DNA of 64,000 nucleotides from an uncultured bacterium (GCA_963813485.1 CAWEZE010000011.1:15698-79697), one strand, 5' to 3'. Positions 48,177 through 56,688 are shown, numbered from the stretch's first letter. Numbers and translations: made by a program. The notes: generated by a model not told the origin, from the letters alone.

Positions 48177-49238
48177 TCACCGTCGGACTCCCCCTGCGAC
48201 GGTGGCGGCGGCCCCGGCCTTGGTCTCGTTCCCTTGATCGTCGGGCAGCACCAGGCCGATTCCCCACACCACGAGGCCGGCGGAAGCCAACGCCAGCGCC
48301 AAGGCCAAGGTTGTGCCGGCCCGGTCGAGCGACGCATCGAGCACGGTGGGCAGCACCGGCTTCGACAGCACGTCCACACGGAGCACGCCCCATCCCGCAA
48401 CCGCGGCGGCGGCCGCCAGCGTCATGGCGGCGAGGGCTCGGCGCCCCATCCGGCGACCCACGGTGATCCCCAGTGCGGCGGCGGCCACTCCCGCCAGCGG
48501 CACTGCGACCAGTAGGGGGTTCACGCCGCTGCCGGCCGGTGCGTCGGCTCGCTGCGCCCAGCCCACGACTGTGGCCAGCGCGGCTGCCGCCAGGGCCGCC
48601 ACGGAGGCCACCATCAGCGGTCGGCGCCGACCGGCGACCGCGATCGCCGCGGCCGCGGCCAGCCCCAGGGCGACCCACGGCAGCGGGTTGACGCCGTCGA
48701 CCAGGGCCAGCGTGCCGTTGATGCGCGTGGGGTTGCCGTCGACCTCGATGTCGACCGTCCACGACTTCGTCCACTCCCCGGGCTCGGCGCCGGCCGGTCG
48801 CTCCGACCCCATCCAGTGGATGCGGTGGTCGTGCCAGGCGTAGGCGCCACCGTCCGCCACGGTCTCCCAGTCGGGGTCGGCTTCGGGATCGGCGCTGCCC
48901 GGCACCTCGGCTACGGCGTCGCGACTGTCGTTCACGTAGGTGGCGGGCGACCGGCGGTTGCGCTGCACCGTGCCGTCGGCACGGAACCGCAGGTAGGGCT
49001 CCCCCTGATAGCCGGTGACCACCACCTGGAGCCCGCGGTCCACGCTCAGCTCCAGGAAGGCGTCGCCGCCCACCACCTCGGCGCGCACGCCGTCAGCCGC
49101 GGGCTCGATGGCATCGACCGTGGAGCGGTAATCCGTCGGTACCGGCGGATCGGCGGCCGCCGGATCGGCCCGCACCAGCGCGACGAGTGCGACCGTGGCG
49201 AAGACAGCTGCCGCCGCCCCGATCGGCCGCCGGGTCAT
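48177..49238 (-). CDS. conserved-looking membrane protein of unknown function (secreted N-domain plus about 5 TM helices)
   Basis: ORF 48177..49448 trimmed to ATG 49238. Signal peptide, then a soluble domain (GYQGEPYLRFRADG, YAWHDHRIHWM), then hydrophobic helices. The ATG overlaps a TGA in another frame of the upstream gene. Confidence 0.7.
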   Translation of the reverse strand: MTRRPIGAAAAVFATVALVALVRADPAAADPPVPTDYRSTVDAIEPAADGVRAEVVGGDAFLELSVDRGLQVVVTGYQGEPYLRFRADGTVQRNRRSPATYVNDSRDAVAEVPGSADPEADPDWETVADGGAYAWHDHRIHWMGSERPAGAEPGEWTKSWTVDIEVDGNPTRINGTLALVDGVNPLPWVALGLAAAAAIAVAGRRRPLMVASVAALAAAALATVVGWAQRADAPAGSGVNPLLVAVPLAGVAAAALGITVGRRMGRRALAAMTLAAAAAVAGWGVLRVDVLSKPVLPTVLDASLDRAGTTLALALALASAGLVVWGIGLVLPDDQGNETKAGAAATVAGGVRR

Positions 49239-49917
49239 GCCTCGGCCTTCGGTCCCGGGGTGGCGTGCCTCCCGGCGCATCCGACGCCTTGGCCTTGGTA
49301 CGGGTCGCCTCCAGCTCCGCGAACTGCGCCTCCTCGCTCGCGGCCTCGCTGCGGTAGCGCCGCACCGTCCGCAGCCCCAGGAAGCCTCCGCCGAAGACCA
49401 CCACCGCGGCGGCGGCGACGAGCCAGATCGGCATCCCGTTGTCCCCACCGTCGCTGGCGGCGGCCCCGCTGGCGCCGGTGTCGTCGTCGGCTGGCGCGAA
49501 CCCGCTCTCGCCGCCGTCGCCGGTGGTCCCTGCCGGGGCCTCGACCGCCTGCGTGACCTCGGCGGTGCCCGTCGGGTCGATCGACGTGAAGCGCACCGTC
49601 CACGAACCGGGCGACCCGAAGTCGACGGGGTTGGCGTAGCGGCCGTCGTCGTCGATCGGCGCCAGCGTGACCGGGGTGAGCTGGGTGCCGTCGCTGCCCA
49701 CGGCGGTGGCGGTCACGACGGCGTCGGCGGCGGGTTGTCCGTCGTTCTCCCAGGTGACGCGCACGATGAAGTGCACCGACGTGCCGGCGGGGTGTGCCGC
49801 CTCGAGGGTGATCATCCCCTCGCCCTCTTGCGCCCCGGCGGGCGACCCGAGCAGCAGGCCGGCCGCGGCGGCGAGCGCGGCGACCGTGAAGGCGGTCATG
49901 GACGAGCGGAGTTTCAT
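49093..49917 (-). CDS. secreted Ig-like domain protein with a C-terminal TM anchor (3' end uncertain)
   Basis: ORF 49093..49917. Signal peptide MKLRSSMTAFTVAALAAAAGLLLGSPAGA, a beta-rich domain (SVHFIVRVTWENDGQPAADAVVTATAV...GSWTVRFTS), and a TM helix (MPIWLVAAAAVVVFGGGFLGL). As sequenced it overlaps the next gene by 146 nt. A 1-nt shift near 49260 would end it at TGA 49237-49235, coupled to ATG 49238. Confidence 0.6.
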   Translation of the reverse strand: MKLRSSMTAFTVAALAAAAGLLLGSPAGAQEGEGMITLEAAHPAGTSVHFIVRVTWENDGQPAADAVVTATAVGSDGTQLTPVTLAPIDDDGRYANPVDFGSPGSWTVRFTSIDPTGTAEVTQAVEAPAGTTGDGGESGFAPADDDTGASGAAASDGGDNGMPIWLVAAAAVVVFGGGFLGLRTVRRYRSEAASEEAQFAELEATRTKAKASDAPGGTPPRDRRPRHDPAADRGGGSCLRHGRTRRAGAGRSGGRRSAGTDGLPLHGRCHRARG

Positions 49918-50054
49918 CGGATGGGTACCTCGAAGCTGAAGACCAACGGCGCGGCCGCCCGTACGGCGGTGACCCCGATGGTCCAGGTGCCGGCCGACGG
50001 CAGTGTCGCGCCGGAGACCGGTACATGGTCGGCGGTCACGGGGGTCACGGGCAA
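49914..50054 (-). other. short open frame resembling the C-terminal strands of a CopC/Ig-like domain; possible gene remnant
   Basis: ...LPVTPVTADHVPVSGATLPSAGTWTIGVTAVRAAAPLVFSFEVPIR-TGA. The stop overlaps ATG 49917 (ATGA). Only TTG/GTG starts at 50054, 50048 and 50039, with no signal peptide. Confidence 0.2.
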
Positions 50055-50149
50055 CCTGCGCGCGGGTACGCCGGCGGTCGCGGCCGTGACCCGGGACGGG
50101 CAGCGGCGGCCGGCGGGGTCGATAGCGGGGTGCTCCGAGGGGGTGCGGC

Positions 50150-50723
50150 CTACGGGGACCAGTCGGGACGGCGCCCGAACGCGGTGATGAGCCGGTCCTG
50201 GGGATCGGCAGGGGTGTCGCCGGGTGGGCGCTCGGCGATGGCGCCCACGCTCCGGTAGGTGGCCTCGCGGTCTGCGAACCATGCGGCCAGTGCGTCGACC
50301 GAGCTCGGGGTCGAATCGCCGGTCACCGCCGGTGGCGGCCGCCAGGTCCCAGCCGTGGATCAGGTGGTCGGCGGCGAGCTGGTAGGCGTACTCCTCGGCC
50401 GGCGTGTCGCCGAACGAGAGGTGCACGGTGCGCCCCGCAACCAGGCCGCTGGCGGCGGCGATCATGGCGGCGTCGGCGGAGGCCCGTCCGGCGGCCACCG
50501 GATCGTCGCCCAACAGGTCCCCCTCGAAGCGGTCGCCCACGTCAGCGATGGTGGCGCCCTCCATCATCGGCACGGTCCAGACGTTTTCGTAGACCACGTG
50601 GTTGACCAGCGCCCGCACGTCCCAGTCCCGGCACGGCGTCGGCGCGTCCCACTGGTCGCCCACCCCGTCCAGCCGCTTCACGAACTCGGCGACAGTGCGC
50701 CGGTGGAGATCGGTCACGTCCAT
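50150..50723 (-). pseudogene. TIGR03086/MDMPI-type DinB-fold metal-binding protein, single frameshift
   Basis: ATG 50723: MDVTDLHRRTVAEFVKRLDGVGDQWDAPTPCRDWDVRALVNHVV...LAADHLIHGWDLAAATG...DPEL. After a 1-nt shift (~50298-50304): VDALAAWFADREATYRSVGAIAERPPGDTPADPQDRLITAFGRRPDWSP-TAG (50152-50150). Confidence 0.7.
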
Positions 50724-50758
50724 GTCGTCCTCCTCGTCCAGCTGCGACGATAGATGGC

Positions 50759-51691
50759 GTGAGCACGGCGCACGCCCACGGTCACGGACATTCGCACCGG
50801 CCGCCGGTCGGCGACCGTGCGGCCGCCCGCTACAAGGGGCGGCTGGTGGCGGCGCTGGCATTGCTGAGCGTGGTGACCGTGGTCGAGGTCATCGCCGGCT
50901 TCGCCACCCGATCCCTCGCTCTGGTGTCCGACGCCGGCCACATGCTCACCGACGTCGGCGGGCTGGGCATGGCCCTGGCAGCCATCCATGTGGCCGACCG
51001 TTCGTCGCCCCGCCGGGGACGTACGTTCGGCCTCTACCGCCTGGAGATCCTGGCTGCGCTGGCCAACGCGCTGCTGCTGTTCGGAGTCGCGATCTACGTG
51101 CTGGTCGAGGCCGTGCGGCGCTGGAACGATCCCGCCGACGTGTTGGTCGGGCCCATGCTGGTGGTGGCCGTCGTGGGCCTGGTCGTCAACGTCGTGGCGT
51201 TCGGGCTCCTGCGGGAGGGGTCGAGGGACAGCCTCAACGTCAGGGGCGCCTACCTCGAGGTGATGTCCGATCTACTGGGCTCGCTCGGCGTCATCCTGGC
51301 CGCGGTGGTATTGCAGGTGACGGGCTGGGAATGGGTGGACCCGGCCGTTGGCGTGGCCATCGGGCTCTTCATCCTGCCGCGCGCCTGGCGCCTCGGCGCC
51401 CAAGCGGTGCGGATCCTGGTGCAGGCGGCGCCGGTCGGCACCGACCTGGCCGCGATCGAGACGCAGCTACAGGCCATCGACGGCGTGGTCGACGTCCATG
51501 ACCTGCACGTGTGGACGCTGACATCGGAGATGGACGTCGCCTCCGTGCACCTCATGGTGAGGGACGGGACCGACACCCACGGGGTGCTCGACCGGGCTCG
51601 GGTCGTGCTGCGTGACGGCCACGGGATCGGGCACGCCACGCTCCAGGTCGAGCCCGACACCCACAAGGGCTGTGACGAGCTGGCGTGGTGA
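50759..51691 (+). CDS. czcD: cation diffusion facilitator (CzcD/ZitB-like) metal efflux protein
   Basis: ORF 50759..51691, GTG start. His-rich N-terminus (HAHGHGHSH), SLALVSDAGHMLTD, AYLEVMSDLLGS, HDLHVWTL. Confidence 0.85.
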   Translation: MSTAHAHGHGHSHRPPVGDRAAARYKGRLVAALALLSVVTVVEVIAGFATRSLALVSDAGHMLTDVGGLGMALAAIHVADRSSPRRGRTFGLYRLEILAALANALLLFGVAIYVLVEAVRRWNDPADVLVGPMLVVAVVGLVVNVVAFGLLREGSRDSLNVRGAYLEVMSDLLGSLGVILAAVVLQVTGWEWVDPAVGVAIGLFILPRAWRLGAQAVRILVQAAPVGTDLAAIETQLQAIDGVVDVHDLHVWTLTSEMDVASVHLMVRDGTDTHGVLDRARVVLRDGHGIGHATLQVEPDTHKGCDELAW

Positions 51692-51753
51692 GGGCGTAAC
51701 GGCCGGGCAGTACTGACAGTGATATCCCCGCCGAGTCCTCCAGGAGATCGCCC

Positions 51754-51906
51754 ATGGCCGGATCCGACGCCAGCTCCGTCGTCACGACCTACGTCAAGGC
51801 CTGGACCAGCGGAGACTTCGATACCGCCCGCTCGACGCTCCGCGACGGCAAGATCGCGACGATCCGGGTCTTCTTCGACGCCCGCCCCCTGGACACGGCC
51901 CGGTAA
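51754..51906 (+). CDS. 50-aa ORF resembling the two ends of a SnoaL/NTF2-like protein (probable internally deleted remnant)
   Basis: AGGAG lies 8 nt before ATG 51754. MAGSDASSVVTTYVKAWTSGDFDTARSTLRDGKIATIRVFFDARPLDTAR-TAA. Below the ORF-track length cutoff; translated by hand. Confidence 0.35.
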   Translation: MAGSDASSVVTTYVKAWTSGDFDTARSTLRDGKIATIRVFFDARPLDTAR

Positions 51907-51931
51907 CCGCCCGCGTCACCGGAGCCGGCCG

Positions 51932-54900
51932 TCAGCCGGTCACGGCGCGGAACACGATCTCGGTGTCCTCGGTGGGCGGGACGCCGAGCTCGTCGAGTTG
52001 CCGAAGACAGGTGTGCATGGCGCGCCGCGCGGCGGCGCGATCGCCGCGCGCGACGTGGGCCGCCACCGCCAAACGATGCGCCGGCTCGGACCACGGCTCG
52101 GCCTCGAGGGCCCGCGACGCCAGGTGCAGCGCCTCGTCGGGGTCGCCGCCGGCGAGCGTGAGCTCCCCGGCCCGCACGGCCCCGGCGACGAACCGGGCGA
52201 CGAGGCGGTCGCGATGCGGCAGGGCCCACTCCTCGTAGCCGGCGTCGATCAGGTAAGGACCGCGGTAGATGTCGGTCGCCTGCCGGTAGCCGTCGAGGGC
52301 GGCTGACGGCTCCCCGAGGCTCTCGGCCTGCGCCGCCAGGTCGAGCAGTCGCTCCATCTCCCAGGCATCGACCCGTAACCACTCGTGGCCCGTCAGGCGC
52401 AGTCCCGCCCCCTCGGCCCGCACGAAGCACGACGGCGCCCCCTCGGCGCGGTCGGGCTCCAGCACCGCCAGCAGGTACGACAGCGTGACCCGCAGGTTGC
52501 GCAGCGCCGCCGCCGAGTCCAGGTCCGGCCACAGGGCGCCCGCCAACTCCTCGCGAGTGCCGCCACCCCGGGTCATGAGCAGCAGCAGCAGGGCGCGGAC
52601 CCGTTCACGCCGCCAATGGGGATGGTCCACCGGCCGGCCGGCACGCCGCAGCGTCGTCGGGCCCAACAGCCCCAGCTCCAGCGGAGCCGCCGGAATCGTG
52701 GGCAGGGCGTCGAGTAGGGAACGGGCCCACGTCCGGAGCGCCCGCGGCGCGCCCGACCGGTCCGCCACCTGGCGAAGCGCCGGGCGGGCCCCCGGGCCCA
52801 GGTCCTTCACCAGCGCCTCGGCGTCGCTCTGCCCGCCGGCAACCGCCGAGCACGCCAGCTCGGCCCGCCAGCTCAAGGGCAGGAAAGCCCTCGCCGCCGC
52901 CCAGTGCTCGGGGGTGAGGGCCGCGGCGGGCGCCAGGTCGCCGCCCTCCCGGCTGGCGACGAGCGCCTGGGCGAGGGCCAGGCCGGTCTCGTATGCCGGC
53001 CCGAGCTCCAGCTGCGCGAACGGCTCCCGGGTCTCGGGGACCAGCACATACAACAGCGCGATGCGGCGAAGGTGGCCATAGGCCTGGCGCCCCTCGGTGA
53101 GCTTGTGGTCCGTCAGCTGGGCCACGAACAGTTCGGCGGCACCGCGTTCGTCGCCGATGGCCAGCGCCAGCGTCGCCTCGGCCGCCAGCATCGATGCCTG
53201 GAGCGACGGCCGCGGGCTGGGGCCCGCGTGCTGGCGGGCTCGCGCCATGTGCTGTTCGGCGCGCTCGACGTCACCGTCGAGCGCGCAGCGCGCCACCACC
53301 ATCGTGTGGGCCAAGGCCAGCAGGTGGTCGTTGCCGGCCGGGGCGAGCTGGGTGAGCATCCGGTCGAGGGCCGCTGCGGCGGCCTCGTGCTCGCCGCAGT
53401 GGGTCAGTGCGTTGACCTGGAGCATGGTCAGCCCGCCCCGCAGCGACGGCCCGGCCTCGGCCACCGCCACCTCGACGCCCCGCCGCGCCGCCTCCGGGAA
53501 CCCGAGGGCCAGCAACGCCGTGGCCCTCAGCCACGCCACCTGCGGCGACCAATACGGTCCCAGCGCCCCCGGGTCGATGGCGTCGAGGGCCGCCAGCACC
53601 CCGCGGGCGTCGCCGGCGGTGTCGGCCAGCAGGGCCTGCCCGAGGCCCAGCAGTCCCTGCGCCTCGGGGATCTTGGTGAGCTGGTCGGCGTAGGGAAGCA
53701 GCCGCTCGAGCAGCGCCACGTCCTCCCGCCAGTGGGCGCAGATCGCCAGGTGCTCGACGGCGCTGAGCAGCCCGAGATCGTCGCCCTCCCCGCCCTCGTC
53801 GGGCCCGGCGAAGCGCTGCGCCGCCGACTCGAGCAATTCGACGCCCCGGTCGATGTCGGTGGCGGCGGTCGCGATGCCCGCCAGCAGTTCGCCCTCGGGG
53901 GTCGACCGCACCGCCGCCGGCAGCTCCCGGTGCAGCCGACCGAGCCCCTGCGCCGAAGCCGGGAGCGCGTGCGCCCGGCAGGACGTGCGCAGCGCGACCC
54001 GCAGGTCGTCGTCGGCGCCGGCGCGGATCAGGAGCCCGGCGCCCTGCTGGAGGTCACGGGCAACAAGCGCCCGCCCGGCTCGGCGCTGCGCCTCGGCGAC
54101 GTCGTCGGGGTCGAGGATCCCGATGCTCAGCCGCTCCGACCACAGCGGATGGATGGCGTGCCAGCCGCCGTCGTCGCTCGTCACGAGGGGGATGCGGCTC
54201 GCGAGCGTGGCGAGGTCGACCCTCCGATCGAGGATCGCGTCGAGCAGCGCTTGGTCGGCACCCCCGACCGCGGCCACCACCGCCACCGCCCGCTGCTCGG
54301 CGTGCGACAGGTGGGCCAGCACCTCCTCGGCCAGGAAGCCGTCGACGTCGTGGCCCGGGCCCAGCGTGCGCAGCTCGGCGAGCGCCGGCCAGCCGCCGAG
54401 ATCGTTCACTCGTTGGAGGGGCACTTCGCGGAGTCGGGCGAAGGACTCCAGCTCGTCGTCGGCGAACGCCAGCTCGGACTCGTCGATGCGAGCGAGCCAC
54501 CCCTGGGCGGCGACGCGGGACAGGGGGACGGGTGGCTCATGGCGGCCGGCGAGCACCATGTGGCCGTTGGTGGGCAGTGCGTCCACCAGGGTGGCCAGCA
54601 GTCCGGCCGCGGGCGAGTCGGCCGGGACCTCGTGCACGTCGTCGAGCACGAGGCACACCTGGCGGGGAGCGTTGCGCCACACGCTGTCGGCCAGGGCGGC
54701 TCCCAGCTCGGTGGGGCCCACGTCACCCTGCTCGTGGAGGCGGGGCACGTCGGTACGCAGGGCGTTGGCCAGCCCGTCGGCAAGCGTACGATGGTCGCCG
54801 TCGCCGGCATCGCAGCCGAGCCAGTGGTCGTCGCCCCGGGGTGCCAGGGCGTTCTCGTCGATCGCCTGGACCAGCAGCGACGACTTACCGAACCCGGCAC

Positions 54901-55054
54901 CGGCGGCGAGCACCGTGACGCGCCGCTCCCACCGCTGGTGCATGCGCTGCAGCAGCAGGGATCGCCGGATCAGCGGGCGACCCGGCCGGGGCGGCGCGAA
55001 GCGGTAAGGCCTCGACACGGGCCGCAACTCTAGTGACGAGGCAGGGGTTCCCAC
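51932..55054 (-). CDS. large STAND-type ATPase regulator: N-terminal P-loop NTPase, helical/TPR-like middle, C-terminal SARP (winged-helix + BTAD) domain
   Basis: ORF 51932..55054 (1040 aa), GTG start. Walker A VLAAGAGFGKSSL, Walker B VCLVLDDVHE. C-terminus LELGLLGPTTLRRAGRPV...RERVRALLLLLM...REELAGALWPD...NLRVTLSYLL, then BTAD-like VDAWEMERLL...YRGPYL...WALPHRDRL...AHRLAVAAHVARGDRAAA...CLRQLDELGVPP. Confidence 0.8.
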   Translation of the reverse strand: MGTPASSLELRPVSRPYRFAPPRPGRPLIRRSLLLQRMHQRWERRVTVLAAGAGFGKSSLLVQAIDENALAPRGDDHWLGCDAGDGDHRTLADGLANALRTDVPRLHEQGDVGPTELGAALADSVWRNAPRQVCLVLDDVHEVPADSPAAGLLATLVDALPTNGHMVLAGRHEPPVPLSRVAAQGWLARIDESELAFADDELESFARLREVPLQRVNDLGGWPALAELRTLGPGHDVDGFLAEEVLAHLSHAEQRAVAVVAAVGGADQALLDAILDRRVDLATLASRIPLVTSDDGGWHAIHPLWSERLSIGILDPDDVAEAQRRAGRALVARDLQQGAGLLIRAGADDDLRVALRTSCRAHALPASAQGLGRLHRELPAAVRSTPEGELLAGIATAATDIDRGVELLESAAQRFAGPDEGGEGDDLGLLSAVEHLAICAHWREDVALLERLLPYADQLTKIPEAQGLLGLGQALLADTAGDARGVLAALDAIDPGALGPYWSPQVAWLRATALLALGFPEAARRGVEVAVAEAGPSLRGGLTMLQVNALTHCGEHEAAAAALDRMLTQLAPAGNDHLLALAHTMVVARCALDGDVERAEQHMARARQHAGPSPRPSLQASMLAAEATLALAIGDERGAAELFVAQLTDHKLTEGRQAYGHLRRIALLYVLVPETREPFAQLELGPAYETGLALAQALVASREGGDLAPAAALTPEHWAAARAFLPLSWRAELACSAVAGGQSDAEALVKDLGPGARPALRQVADRSGAPRALRTWARSLLDALPTIPAAPLELGLLGPTTLRRAGRPVDHPHWRRERVRALLLLLMTRGGGTREELAGALWPDLDSAAALRNLRVTLSYLLAVLEPDRAEGAPSCFVRAEGAGLRLTGHEWLRVDAWEMERLLDLAAQAESLGEPSAALDGYRQATDIYRGPYLIDAGYEEWALPHRDRLVARFVAGAVRAGELTLAGGDPDEALHLASRALEAEPWSEPAHRLAVAAHVARGDRAAARRAMHTCLRQLDELGVPPTEDTEIVFRAVTG

Positions 55055-55172
55055 CCACGGACGGCCGGGGCGACTAACGCCGGGCTGATCAGCCCGTGTT
55101 CGAGTGCGGCGGCGACCCGAGCACCCGCTTCGCGCTTACGCCGGAGAGTGCCCGGGACGAAGGTCAGGCCGT

Positions 55173-55194
55173 GTCCCTCACGGTCGTGAGGGAC
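55173..55194. terminator. perfect 9-bp hairpin (GTCCCTCAC-GGTC-GTGAGGGAC)
   Basis: Read directly. Lies about 110 nt downstream of the ChlD-like stop, and in the 5' region of the STAND regulator. Confidence 0.35.
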
Positions 55195-55228
55195 GGTCGC
55201 TTGGCGGGCGATCGACCCTCGCGGGCGG

Positions 55229-55245
55229 GCCGTGCGGGGCACGGC
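55229..55245. other. perfect 7-bp hairpin (GCCGTGC-GGG-GCACGGC)
   Basis: Read directly. Confidence 0.3.
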
Positions 55246-55294
55246 CGCTCAACCAGAGCGCGGCCGGTGTCGCTCCCCTGGCACCGGCCGCCGG

Positions 55295-55309
55295 CTAGTG
55301 CCGCACTAG
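55295..55309. other. palindrome CTAGTGC-C-GCACTAG spanning the ChlD-like stop codon
   Basis: Read directly. 7-bp arms with a 1-nt centre. Confidence 0.3.
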
Positions 55310-56688
55310 CTCCCCTGGGCGGCTGGTTCGCCGGTGCCCGCAGACGACGGCGGGGGCGTCGCCGCGACCTCGTCCACCCCGTTGCGCGGCTCGCGGCCGG
55401 CTTCCGCACCCGGCGAGTGCTCGCCGAGGTCGACCGCGGGCCCTGGGGCCTCGGCGTGTCCGGCTGCGAGGGGATCGGCGTCGTCCTTCTCGCCGACCGC
55501 CTCGGCCTGTCGGGCTTCCACGACGCTGGGGAGTTCCTCGCCTGGCTGACGCTCCTCTTCGGGTTCCTCGCCGGCTTCGCTCTCCTCGTCGGGCTCGCGC
55601 TCCTCGGCGGGTTCGCCCTCCTCGCCAGCCGTGGCATCGTCGGGTGTGTCCGGGGTGCTCGACGTGGCGGCGGTCATCGGCTGATCATCGTCGGAGCTCG
55701 GCTCGGCGGCGGACTCACCGTCACCGTCACCGTCACCGCCACCGGCGCCGTTGCCGACCGCCACGAATGCCTGGCGGGCGGCCTCCAGCGCCCGCTCGAG
55801 CTCGCCCGGCACAAGGGCCGGTGGGTGGAAGGGGCGGCGCCGACGCCTGTGCCCCAGTGCCAGTGGCACCACCCGCTCCACGTCGGCCTCGGTGGTGATC
55901 GAGCGTCCCTCCCACCCGGCGAAGGCGGCCGCCGCCCGGCACAGCACGAGATCGCCGCGCAGGCCCTCGGCGCCCAGGCCGGCGGCGAGGTGGCAGCCGA
56001 AGTCCACCACCGACGTGGGCAGGTCGGCCGGCATGGCAGCCGCGAGGCGGGCCCGCAGCACGATGTCGCCTTCGTGGCCGTCGACGAGGCCACCCGAATC
56101 GTGGGTCAACCGCCTGCGTACGACCTCGGCGCGCATTGCCGGGTCGGCGGGCGTCGTGACGTCCACGGCCAACCCGAACCTGTCGAGGAGCTGCGGGCGC
56201 AACTCGCCGGCATCGGGGTCCATCGACGCCACGAGCACGAACCGGGCGGGATGCTCGTGCCAGATGCCGCGGCGCTCCACCCGGTTGACACCCGAGGTCG
56301 CCACGTCGAGCAGCACCTCGACAAGATGTTCCGAAAGCAGGTTTACGGCCGAGAGATGGAGCACCCCTCCGTGCGCCGCCGCCACCAGGCCGGCGCGGAA
56401 CTGCGTCTCGCGGTCGCTCGCCCCCGAGGCGGTGTCGAGCGAGCCGAGCACGCGGTCCTCGGCGACGCCGAACGACACGTCGACGAACCGGGCCGACCCC
56501 GGCAGCAGGCCGGCAAGCCCGCGTGCCAGCGTCGAGCGGGCCGATCCCTTGTCGCCTCGTAGCAGCACACCACCGATCGCCGGATCGATGGCCGCCAGCA
56601 GCAGCGCCAGCTGCGCGTCGGGTTGGCCCATCACCGCGCAGAAGGGGAATCGCCGCGGCGGATCCGCTCGCCGTGCGTCGCCGATCAT
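55306..56688 (-). CDS. ChlD/ChlI-like AAA+ chelatase subunit homologue with degenerate Walker motifs and an acidic tail, lacking a vWA domain
   Basis: ORF 55306..56688 (460 aa). FPFCAVMGQPDAQLALLLAAIDPAIGGVLLRGDKGSARSTLARGL (R in place of the Walker A Lys). GGVLHLSAVNLL (SA in place of the Walker B DE). LVASMDPDAGELRPQLLDRFGL. The last ~140 aa are D/E/P/G-rich. There is no MIDAS/vWA sequence before the stop. Confidence 0.7.
   Translation of the reverse strand: MIGDARRADPPRRFPFCAVMGQPDAQLALLLAAIDPAIGGVLLRGDKGSARSTLARGLAGLLPGSARFVDVSFGVAEDRVLGSLDTASGASDRETQFRAGLVAAAHGGVLHLSAVNLLSEHLVEVLLDVATSGVNRVERRGIWHEHPARFVLVASMDPDAGELRPQLLDRFGLAVDVTTPADPAMRAEVVRRRLTHDSGGLVDGHEGDIVLRARLAAAMPADLPTSVVDFGCHLAAGLGAEGLRGDLVLCRAAAAFAGWEGRSITTEADVERVVPLALGHRRRRRPFHPPALVPGELERALEAARQAFVAVGNGAGGGDGDGDGESAAEPSSDDDQPMTAATSSTPDTPDDATAGEEGEPAEEREPDEESEAGEEPEEERQPGEELPSVVEARQAEAVGEKDDADPLAAGHAEAPGPAVDLGEHSPGAEAGREPRNGVDEVAATPPPSSAGTGEPAAQGS
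55716..55739. repeat. hexanucleotide tandem repeat (CACCGT)x3 + CACCGC inside the acidic tail
   Basis: Read directly. Encodes GGDGDGDG on the reverse strand. Confidence 0.9.

Noticed and set aside
52904-55033. 709-aa plus-strand ORF (and similar shadow ORFs at 20655..22967, 17942..19852, 6593..7873 and 3709..5040)
   Set aside because: All are antisense to genes with clear family motifs and have Arg/Gly/Pro-rich, motif-free translations.
55030-55242. 70-aa reverse ORF as a remnant of the missing vWA domain of the ChlD-like protein
   Set aside because: I could recognise no MIDAS or vWA motif. It overlaps the regulator start, and its composition is Arg/Ala/Pro-rich.
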